Source: an uncultured candidatus Brocadiaceae bacterium (GTDB lineage: Bacteria > Planctomycetota > UBA1135 > UBA2386). Taken from it: 64,000 nt of DNA. The position numbers and the translations under genes are program-made. Location: the NCBI GenBank assembly GCA_964542765.1, contig CAZIVO010000003.1, positions 11,381 to 75,380 of the forward strand, written 5' to 3'. Under the pieces are notes generated by a model. The model was given only the letters and a program-made list of their open reading frames with translations, was not told the DNA's origin and ran no database searches. Shown here piece after piece: positions 7,908 through 15,662 of this stretch (its first letter is position 1; every line of letters begins with the position of its first letter).

Positions 7908-9172
7908 TCCGCGAATCTCTGCAAACCTTCAAGCTCGGGGTCAAGAGCCTCGTCTTGCACAAGCTGCGTTCTTCGCTGACCACACTGGGCATTCTTTTCG
8001 GCGTGTCCTCGGTCATCGCGATGCTGGCCGTTGGCGAGGGTGCGAACTATGAAGCTCTCGAGCGGATCAAGGCTCTCGGTTCGACCAATATATTGATCAG
8101 GAGCAAGAGACCGCCCGATAACGAGCAGAGCAGTAGCGAGAGTTCGTTTTCTGCAATGGCATTTGGTCTGACATACGACGATGCCGAGAGGATTGCCGCC
8201 ACCCTCGATGGCGCCGATAGCGTGGTGCCGGTCAGGGAGATGGTCAAGGATCTTCGTCGTGGCCCCTACTGGTCCAGTGGCGTGGTGGTGGGGACCACAC
8301 CCGAGTTTATTGACGTCGCCAACATGGGGGTCTCCGAAGGTCGCTGGCTGACGAGCGTTGATCTTAAAAAGCACCGCAATGTGGCGGTCCTCGGGTCGAG
8401 CTTGGCGCGCATCTTGTTCCCTCTCTCTAACCCTTTGGGCCAGAGTGTGGCTGCCGGGAATCGTTTCACCGTGGTTGGCGTGCTCGGCTATCTGGGGCGT
8501 GCCAGTGGTTCGGCCAGCGGAGTTTCACTGGATAATTGCCTCTTCATTCCGCTGACGACATCGCGTAGCCGTTTCGGGGACGAGCAAACGATGCGCAGCG
8601 GTGGCAGCTTCAAGCGAGAGCGCGTCGAACTGCATGAGGTGAAGGTCAAGATGACATCCCCCGACCAGGTTGTTCCAGCGGCGGCGGTGCTGAGAACGAT
8701 GCTCGATGACCATCATGGGACTCAAGATGATGTTGACATCAAGGTGCCGCTGGAACTGCTCAAGGAGGCCGAAGCAACGGCGCAGATTTTCAATATTGTC
8801 CTGGGATCGATCGCCGTCATCTCCTTGCTGGTGGGTGGCATCGGCATCATGAATGTCATGCTGGCGACGGTGACGGAGCGGACGCGGGAGATCGGTATTC
8901 GAAGGGCGCTGGGTGCCAAGAAGAGGGACATCGTCTTCCAGTTTCTGGTCGAGACCGTTGTTCTCGCCGGTAGCGGAGGTGTTCTTGGCGTTGGTCTGGG
9001 TCTCGTGATCCCCTTCATGGTGACGAGTCTCGCAGGCCAGATCACCATCATCCGCCCGGAGCACGTGGCGATGGCGTTCGGAATTTCGGCCGTGGTGGGG
9101 GTCGCTGCGGGTATCTATCCTGCTTGGCGTGCCGCGAGCATGGACCCGGTAGAGGCTCTCCGGCACGAATAA
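7904..9172 (+). CDS. MacB-type ABC permease (N-terminal TM, periplasmic domain, C-terminal FtsX bundle)
   Basis: 422 aa with TM1 LRSSLTTLGILFGVSSVIAMLAV, a large central soluble domain, and GGIGIMNVMLATVTERTREIGIRRALGAKKRDI followed by two more TM segments. Its start overlaps the ATPase stop. Confidence 0.85.
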   Translation: MIRESLQTFKLGVKSLVLHKLRSSLTTLGILFGVSSVIAMLAVGEGANYEALERIKALGSTNILIRSKRPPDNEQSSSESSFSAMAFGLTYDDAERIAATLDGADSVVPVREMVKDLRRGPYWSSGVVVGTTPEFIDVANMGVSEGRWLTSVDLKKHRNVAVLGSSLARILFPLSNPLGQSVAAGNRFTVVGVLGYLGRASGSASGVSLDNCLFIPLTTSRSRFGDEQTMRSGGSFKRERVELHEVKVKMTSPDQVVPAAAVLRTMLDDHHGTQDDVDIKVPLELLKEAEATAQIFNIVLGSIAVISLLVGGIGIMNVMLATVTERTREIGIRRALGAKKRDIVFQFLVETVVLAGSGGVLGVGLGLVIPFMVTSLAGQITIIRPEHVAMAFGISAVVGVAAGIYPAWRAASMDPVEALRHE

Positions 9173-9283
9173 GGCTCTGCTGAAGGGGGCTGGGGCAGGA
9201 ATGCTGGAGAAAACCGTCTGGTCCACGGGCGTGCCGGGCCGCTAAGATGGCCATCTCAGGGGGGATCATTCCCAAGGGGGGGT

Positions 9284-9937
9284 ATGGCGGCGGTTCTGGT
9301 CACAGCGGGTCCTACCCGCGAGCACATCGATGACGTTCGGTTTCTGGCCAATGGCAGCACGGGACGCATGGGGTTTGCCATCGCGGCTGCAGCTCATGGT
9401 CGGGGCCATGAAGTCCAACTCGTAGCCGGCCCCACACATCTGGAGCCGCCTGCGGGTGTTCATGTTCATCGGGTGGTCTCGGCTCTGGAGATGCAGGCCG
9501 AGGCTGAACGTCTCTATCCGGCGACGGATCTTGTTTTTGGAGTCGCGGCGGTCTCGGACTATCGGCCGGCGCGGAGGATGGCGGGCAAGCCAGCGAAGAG
9601 CGAGGATTCGACGGTGCTCCATCTGACCGCGAACCCGGACATCATCGCAAGCATCGGGGCCAGGAAGGGCGATCGTGTAGTTGTGGGTTTTGCTCTGCAG
9701 GTCGTCGGAAAAGGTGGCATGGAAGGTGTGATGGAGCGAGCTCGCGAGAAACTTGTTGCCAAGGAACTCGATTTGATTGTTGTCAATCTGGCTGATGCCA
9801 TGGGGGCGGAGCAGAGCGAAGTTGTGTTGCTATGGGTGGATGGGACAGTCGAACATCTTCCTTGCCAGTCCAAGGAAGCGACGGCGGGCCACATCGTTGA
9901 TGCCGCCATCGGTTTGCTGAGAGGTGGAAGGAAATGA
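9284..9937 (+). CDS. coaB: Phosphopantothenate-cysteine ligase, stand-alone CoaB domain
   Basis: The N-terminus VLVTAGPTREHIDDVRFLANGSTGRMG and the later AAVSDYRP are typical of the Dfp C-terminal half. No CoaC half is present. The stop overlaps the ftsK start (ATGA). Confidence 0.8.
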   Translation: MAAVLVTAGPTREHIDDVRFLANGSTGRMGFAIAAAAHGRGHEVQLVAGPTHLEPPAGVHVHRVVSALEMQAEAERLYPATDLVFGVAAVSDYRPARRMAGKPAKSEDSTVLHLTANPDIIASIGARKGDRVVVGFALQVVGKGGMEGVMERAREKLVAKELDLIVVNLADAMGAEQSEVVLLWVDGTVEHLPCQSKEATAGHIVDAAIGLLRGGRK

Positions 9938-12381
9938 CAGCTACGACTGATGCGCCACGGGCGAGCGATCCACAGGCGAGGTTGCGCGAGGCTCTTTGCC
10001 TGGTCTTGGTAGGGTCTTGTCTATACCTCCTGCTGTCATTGGTGACGCTGTCATTGCCCATCGGTGAGAGTGCTTTGCCGCGAGGGGGGATGCAAAATCT
10101 GGGCGGTACCGTTGGGTATTACGTTGCTCACGGACTGAGTTTTGTCTTTGGGGGTGCGTCACACCTGCTGATCTTGTTCGCCCTCTTGTATGGGGTGTTA
10201 CGTTTCTTGGATCGGCCTGTTGAGCGCGTGGTGCTCAAGGCGCTCGGCGTGGTCGTGTTCGTGGCGATGATGTCACTGCTGCTGGCAGGTCCTGAAGGGA
10301 TTGCTGGTTACAGTGCGCGCTCCCCCTACGGAGCTGGCGGACGTTTCGGAGCGAATCTTTCGCCGAAGCTGCATCAGGCGTTCGGTGGTTCGGGGAGGAT
10401 TCTGGTGCTGATCTTCGGCAGCATCGTGTCCTTGATGCTGGCCACGGAGTGGATGTTCTCAACATTGCTCCGTCGTGGGGCAGATGGTCTGACCTCCGGT
10501 GTGGGGAAGATCAAGCGACGCGGATGGCGATCCGCGGATGGCCTTGAGGCCGAAGGAGAGGACGAGGAATACGAGGAGGAAGACGAGGAATACGAGGACG
10601 AAGAGGAGGAATACGAGGACGAAGAGGAGGAAGACGAGGACGAGGAGGACCAGGAGGAAGACGAGGAGGACGAGGAGGAAGACGAGGAGGAGCCGACTGT
10701 TGTGCCGGCGGGGGGCCGCAAGAGGCCCAGGGGACGTCGCCGTTCGGTGCCTCGCAGGCGCCCATCCCCGGTCAGGCCTCCTTCCCCGGATTTAGGAGGA
10801 ATCGAGCCTGCGCAAACGAGCCTTCCCTTCGATACGGCTTATGTTTTTCCTCCCACGGATCTATTCCGTGAACCGGAGTTGGCTAACGATGATGAGTCGG
10901 AGACTCTCATCAATCGCAATGCTGAGGCGATTGAGCGCCGTTTGCGCTCGTTCAAGCTCGATACCGAGGTCGTTGGGGTCTCCAAGGGCCCTGCCGTGAC
11001 CCAGTACGAGCTCCGCCTTGCCGAAGGCATCAAGGTGTCGAAGATCTCCAGCTATGAAGCTGATCTGGCGGCGGCCTTGCGTGCGGTTCAGGTGCGTGTC
11101 GTGGCGCCGATCCCCGGCAAGGACACGGTCGGCATTGAAGTGCCAAACAGTCAGCGGCGAGTGGTCTTCATGCGCGAGATGCTCGATCTTTATGGGCTCG
11201 CTGAAGAGTGGGCGATCCCGCTGTTCTTGGGCATGGATGTGGCAGGGGAACCAATCGTCGAGGATCTCGCCCGCATGCCGCATCTCCTGATTGCCGGCAC
11301 GACGGGGTCAGGCAAGTCGGTCTGTATCAACACGATCATTTTGTCGATCATCATGACGCGTACGCCGGCGCAGGTTCGGCTGATTCTGATCGACCCCAAG
11401 ATGGTCGAATTGCAGGCTTTCCGTGCCCTTCCTCACCTGAGTTGCGAAGTCGTTACCAATATGAAGAAGGCACCGGCGGTCCTGGGCTGGGCGGTCGAGG
11501 AGATGGACAAGCGCTATACGATGCTCGCGGCTGTGGGTGTGAGTAATATCAGCGGTTTCAACAAGCTTGGGCAGGCCGAGATCGAGGAGCGGTTGGGGCA
11601 TTCGGTTGATCCCGCCGACGCGAGCTTGCCCTATCAGGTTCTTGTCATCGACGAATTTGCCGATCTGATGGCCGTGGCGGCGAAGGATGTCGAGGAGTCC
11701 ATTCAGCGGCTCGCCCAGAAGTCTCGTGCCGTGGGCCTGCATGTGATTCTTGCAACTCAGCGGCCCAGCACCGATGTGATCACCGGGATCATCAAGGCGA
11801 ACTTGCCTTGCCAGGCCGCATTCCGGGTGAAATCGAGGATCGATTCTCGTGTCATTCTGGATAGCAACGGTGCCGAAAAGCTGCTCGGCCACGGTGACAT
11901 GCTTTTTGTCAGGCCGAGCGGGAATGGTGTTGTCAGGGCCCAGGGAGCCTTCGTCGCTGAAGAGGAAATCCAACGGGTGGTGGGGTTCCTCAAGGAAAAC
12001 GGGCCGACACCGTGTTTCTTGCCGGATCTGGTCCAGACCAAGACAGCTTCCGGGAAGAAACCGAGCGAACGAGACGAATACTACGAGCAAGCCGCCGAGG
12101 TGATTCTCGGGCAGCAACGGGGTTCGGCGACGCTCCTTCAGCGCTCCCTTGCGGTCGGCTATACCCGGGCTACGCGACTCCTGGAAATGATGGAGGATGA
12201 TGGGATTGTGGGGCCTTTCTGTGGGTCCAAGTCTCGCGAAGTCCTGCTGACCCTCGAGGAGTGGCAGGATCGTTGCCAAGCGGTTGGCGATGAGTTGGCT
12301 GACCAGGGTGAAGAGGAGCCGGGTGAGGGCTCACCTGACGAGTATGACTACGAGGATGAGGACGAGGCCGTCGAGGCCTGA
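9934..12381 (+). CDS. ftsK: DNA translocase FtsK/SpoIIIE (4-TM anchor, acidic and Pro/Arg linker, motor, gamma domain)
   Basis: Walker A GTTGSGKS and Walker B LVIDEFADL. The gamma winged helix is SATLLQRSLAVGYTRATRLLEMMEDDGIVGP. The N-terminal membrane domain contains GGTVGYYVAHGLSFVFG. Confidence 0.95.
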   Translation: MTATTDAPRASDPQARLREALCLVLVGSCLYLLLSLVTLSLPIGESALPRGGMQNLGGTVGYYVAHGLSFVFGGASHLLILFALLYGVLRFLDRPVERVVLKALGVVVFVAMMSLLLAGPEGIAGYSARSPYGAGGRFGANLSPKLHQAFGGSGRILVLIFGSIVSLMLATEWMFSTLLRRGADGLTSGVGKIKRRGWRSADGLEAEGEDEEYEEEDEEYEDEEEEYEDEEEEDEDEEDQEEDEEDEEEDEEEPTVVPAGGRKRPRGRRRSVPRRRPSPVRPPSPDLGGIEPAQTSLPFDTAYVFPPTDLFREPELANDDESETLINRNAEAIERRLRSFKLDTEVVGVSKGPAVTQYELRLAEGIKVSKISSYEADLAAALRAVQVRVVAPIPGKDTVGIEVPNSQRRVVFMREMLDLYGLAEEWAIPLFLGMDVAGEPIVEDLARMPHLLIAGTTGSGKSVCINTIILSIIMTRTPAQVRLILIDPKMVELQAFRALPHLSCEVVTNMKKAPAVLGWAVEEMDKRYTMLAAVGVSNISGFNKLGQAEIEERLGHSVDPADASLPYQVLVIDEFADLMAVAAKDVEESIQRLAQKSRAVGLHVILATQRPSTDVITGIIKANLPCQAAFRVKSRIDSRVILDSNGAEKLLGHGDMLFVRPSGNGVVRAQGAFVAEEEIQRVVGFLKENGPTPCFLPDLVQTKTASGKKPSERDEYYEQAAEVILGQQRGSATLLQRSLAVGYTRATRLLEMMEDDGIVGPFCGSKSREVLLTLEEWQDRCQAVGDELADQGEEEPGEGSPDEYDYEDEDEAVEA
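10552..10692 (+). repeat. GAG/GAC/GAA-rich low-complexity run encoding a linker of about 47 aa made of E/D/Y in FtsK
   Basis: Encodes EGEDEEYEEEDEEYEDEEEEYEDEEEEDEDEEDQEEDEEDEEEDEEE. It is in frame within ftsK. Confidence 0.9.
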
Positions 12382-12618
12382 TTCTTCGTCAGGCGGCGTG
12401 AGACAGTTTTTCTGTAGCGGTTGAAGGTCCACCGCCGTCGATATCCTGCGATCAGCCTCCGAGCCGCTGCTCAGGCCGCTTGGAACTCCTTGTCCGCTCC
12501 CAATCGGGTCGTTACATTAGCTGACATTCAGCTTGCCCGGCACGTGTGGAGGGGGCTCCAGTGGTGCGGTGCGGAGCTACGGTTAGGAGCGAGCCTTCGG
12601 TTCAGAGGGGGGGCGTCG

Positions 12619-13914
12619 ATGATCGATCAATCCTTGGTAGATGCTCAGCATCGCCAATCTCGGACCCTGCTGAGTTGGGCCATTTCTCTCATCCCGGTAG
12701 CCTTGTCGGTTTTTTGCCTCTCTGCTCTGGGCTACTACCACGTGATGGTCGAGAGCGCGCAGCCGACATCGGGACTGTTGCAGGGAGTGATCGCCGGACT
12801 CTATGGCTTCCTTGGCTTCGTCCCGGCCTTCATGTGCTGTCTGCTCGTTCTGGTCTGGTCATCGATCTGGTTCATCACGGGTGAATCTACGCGCCTTTGG
12901 TCAAAGCTCGGGCGTGTCGTTGTCTTGACCCTGAGCCTTGCCATTCTCATCAACCTCCAGTCTGAGGGCATGGTTCCCGGTGACGGGGGTGGAGATTTGG
13001 GAGCCTATCTCGCCACGCGGCTCCAGAGTCTGTTCGGCTATACCTTCGCAACGCTACTGATGTCACTCGTGGTGGTCGGGGCCTTGCTGATTGCGACAGA
13101 ATTTTTCTTCTACCGCTACTTTGCTGCCATGAGTGGAGCGGATGCTTCCTGTGATGAAGGGGGAGATCTGGGCGTGGAGAATGAGGCTGCTGCGGAGTTC
13201 AAGAACATCGTTGTGGGGCATGTGGCGAAGCCGGCAGCTCCGCGGTTCGCGATGGAGGAAGAGCCTGTATCCGATGTTGTTGCTGAAGAGGGACTACCGC
13301 AAGCAGGGGCACCATCCGGGGATGATCCCATGAGCGAGGAGAGTCCACGCGCACCCCGTAGCTTCTCCGAAGAAGAAGAGGAGGAATACGAGGAAGAGGA
13401 GGAGGGCGAGGAGGAATACGAGGAAGAGGAGGAGGGCGAGGAGGAATACGAGGAAGAGGAGGAGGGCGAGGAGGAAGAGGAGGAATACGAGGAGGAAGAG
13501 GAGGGCGAGGAGGAAGAGGAGGAAGAGGAAGAGGAAGAGGAGGAGGAAGAGGAGGAAGACGAGGAATACGAATACGAATACGAATATGAAGAGGTCGAGG
13601 TGGACGTCGAAGAGGGCGAAGAGCAGGATTCGCAGGCCGACCCTGTCGAGATTCCTTCTCCCGCTGATGACCTGGACTCGCGTCAGGGCCTTCTATTCGC
13701 AGGCGAGGGCCGCCCTTCCGTTGATGATGCCGCTGATCTGGTGATCCGTTCGAACAGGGCGAGTGTCATGTTCTTGCAGCGGAGGCTCCGGGTCTCGCCC
13801 GAAGAGGCATCTGGATTACTCGACGCGCTTCGGGAGAGGGGTGTCGTGGATGGCCAGCCCGGTGAAGATTACGGCCGCATCATCATGGACCTCGCGTCTT
13901 GGGAAGGTCGCTGA
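12619..13914 (+). CDS. Motor-less FtsK paralogue: FtsK-type 4-TM domain, poly-acidic linker and FtsK-gamma-like winged helix, with no ATPase
   Basis: The ORF track start is TTG 12421. ATG 12619 is preceded by gagggggggcgtcg (SD-like). The TM domain carries GDLGAYLATRLQSLFGYTF, compare FtsK GGTVGYYVAHGLSFVFG. The C-terminus ADLVIRSNRASVMFLQRRLRVSPEEASGLLDALRERGVVDG matches the gamma-domain pattern. No Walker motifs are present. Confidence 0.7.
   Translation: MIDQSLVDAQHRQSRTLLSWAISLIPVALSVFCLSALGYYHVMVESAQPTSGLLQGVIAGLYGFLGFVPAFMCCLLVLVWSSIWFITGESTRLWSKLGRVVVLTLSLAILINLQSEGMVPGDGGGDLGAYLATRLQSLFGYTFATLLMSLVVVGALLIATEFFFYRYFAAMSGADASCDEGGDLGVENEAAAEFKNIVVGHVAKPAAPRFAMEEEPVSDVVAEEGLPQAGAPSGDDPMSEESPRAPRSFSEEEEEEYEEEEEGEEEYEEEEEGEEEYEEEEEGEEEEEEYEEEEEGEEEEEEEEEEEEEEEEEDEEYEYEYEYEEVEVDVEEGEEQDSQADPVEIPSPADDLDSRQGLLFAGEGRPSVDDAADLVIRSNRASVMFLQRRLRVSPEEASGLLDALRERGVVDGQPGEDYGRIIMDLASWEGR
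13369..13629 (+). repeat. Poly-acidic coding repeat; three exact 30-bp copies (13381-13470) encoding EEYEEEEEGE, then degenerate E/Y runs
   Basis: gaggaatacgaggaagaggaggagggcgag is repeated exactly at 13381, 13411 and 13441. The region continues to EEYEYEYEYEEVEVDVEEGEEQD. Confidence 0.95.
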
Positions 13915-14191
13915 CCGGCTCCGGATGACTTCGTTGGCAGATCATTGTTTGGCGGTCTCATGCTGTGTCAGGCTGAGGCTTTTTTAAAATCCTTGTGAGA
14001 CTTGGAGAAAAACAACAGGCAGCCAGGGAGCCTCGGTGGAGTGACGCATGCGTTTTGCACAGAGTTACGAAGAGATAACTCACCGTTGTCCACCATGCGA
14101 CATCTTGCCTGCTGCTCTCACGAGATTACTTATAGGGTTTCCGTGGTAGCCGAAGCCGATTCGATGCCGGGCACCGCGAAGAGGGGGATAG

Positions 14192-15628
14192 ATGGTTGAC
14201 TTTGGCGCTCCTGGTGATGGGGGGGCAAAACATGTTAGACAAGATGGTTCGCAGTCCGGCTTTCGCGGTGTGAGGGCTTCTTCGAAGGCCCCGCTCGGTG
14301 AGACGAAAACGGTTCCGCACAATCTGGAGGCCGAGCGTTCAGTTCTCGGGGCCTTGCTTCTCTATGCGGACGCGGTTGCCGATGTGAGCGATCTCCTCAA
14401 GCCGGAGGATTTTTATCTCCCCGCGCACGCGCTGATCTTTGAAGCGATCGTATCATCCTATACGGATGCGACGGCGACGGATCCCGTGGTCGTTGCCGAG
14501 GCCCTTTCGCGTAAGGGGCATCTCGATGAGGTGGGAGGTCATGATCGCCTCCTGGATTTGGCGACAGCGACAACTTCAGCTGCGGCGATCGGTTATCACG
14601 CTGAGATTGTCCGGGACAAATCGATCACGCGTAAGCTTCTGGATGCTTGTCACGATATTGCCCGGCAAGCTTATGACAATGCTGGGTCTGCCCGTGACTT
14701 GCTCGATGAAGCGGAGCGCGGCATTTTCGAGATCGCACGTATAGGGAGAAGCGGTGAATCGAAGTCGATCACGGATCTTCTGCAGCAGACTTTCAAGAGG
14801 ATTGACAGTCTTCGTGATCGGTCAGGTCGCCTCCTCGGTTTGGGCACGGGTTTCCAGGACTTGGATGACCTGACCGCGGGTCTCCAGGAAGGTGAGTTGA
14901 TCATTGTCGCTGCGCGACCATCGATGGGAAAAACTTCACTGGCCCTCAACCTTGTTGAGCGCATTGCCTCGGAAGGCAAGGCGGTGGCTTTTTTCAGCCT
15001 GGAAATGTCGAGTCAGCAGATCATTCAAAACATGCTTTGTTGTCGGTCTCAGATCGATGGGCAGGCGATGCGGAAAGGGAGGATCACCGATGCGCAGTAT
15101 CGCAAGCTCACGGAGGAGGCATCGCTCCTCTACGAGGCCCCGCTTTTTGTCGATGATTCGCCAGGCCTTACCCCAACAGCTCTTCGGGCCAAGTGTCGTC
15201 GACTGAAGCAGAAGCATGACATCCAGCTGGTTGTTGTCGATTACTTGCAGCTGATGACGGCCGCTGGCAGGAACGAGAGTCGTCAGCAGGAAATTGCGAC
15301 GATCTCCCGCACGCTCAAGGCGATTGCGAGGGAGTTGAAGGTGCCTGTGGTGGCTCTGTCACAGCTCAATCGCGATGTCGAGAACCGGGATAGTCATCGC
15401 CCTCGGATGAGCGATTTGAGGGAGTCTGGCGCAATTGAACAGGATGCTGATGTTGTCATCCTCTTGCACCGTGAGGAATATTTCAAACCCACCGAAGACA
15501 ATCGCGGCCTTGCGCAGATCATCATTGCCAAGCAGCGCAATGGCCCCACGGGGGAGATCACTCTCCGGTTTTTCCGGCAATACATGCGCTTTGAGGCCTT
15601 CCAGCGTCAGGCAGAACCAATCCACTGA
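14192..15628 (+). CDS. dnaB: Replicative DNA helicase DnaB
   Basis: NLEAERSVLGALLL N-domain, Walker A ARPSMGKTSLALN, Walker B VVVDYLQLM, and the VVALSQLNR motif. 478 aa with no intein. Confidence 0.95.
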   Translation: MVDFGAPGDGGAKHVRQDGSQSGFRGVRASSKAPLGETKTVPHNLEAERSVLGALLLYADAVADVSDLLKPEDFYLPAHALIFEAIVSSYTDATATDPVVVAEALSRKGHLDEVGGHDRLLDLATATTSAAAIGYHAEIVRDKSITRKLLDACHDIARQAYDNAGSARDLLDEAERGIFEIARIGRSGESKSITDLLQQTFKRIDSLRDRSGRLLGLGTGFQDLDDLTAGLQEGELIIVAARPSMGKTSLALNLVERIASEGKAVAFFSLEMSSQQIIQNMLCCRSQIDGQAMRKGRITDAQYRKLTEEASLLYEAPLFVDDSPGLTPTALRAKCRRLKQKHDIQLVVVDYLQLMTAAGRNESRQQEIATISRTLKAIARELKVPVVALSQLNRDVENRDSHRPRMSDLRESGAIEQDADVVILLHREEYFKPTEDNRGLAQIIIAKQRNGPTGEITLRFFRQYMRFEAFQRQAEPIH

Positions 15629-15662
15629 CTGTCGAGTCGTTTTGCTGTAGAGCGTTGCCGAG

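Noticed and set aside
13369-13629. Regularly spaced short repeats considered as a possible CRISPR array or non-coding microsatellite (also 10552-10692, 4677-4799 and 37275-37358)
   Set aside because: All of these are in frame within long ORFs. The units are contiguous with no unique spacers, and they encode low-complexity peptide repeats. No cas genes are present.
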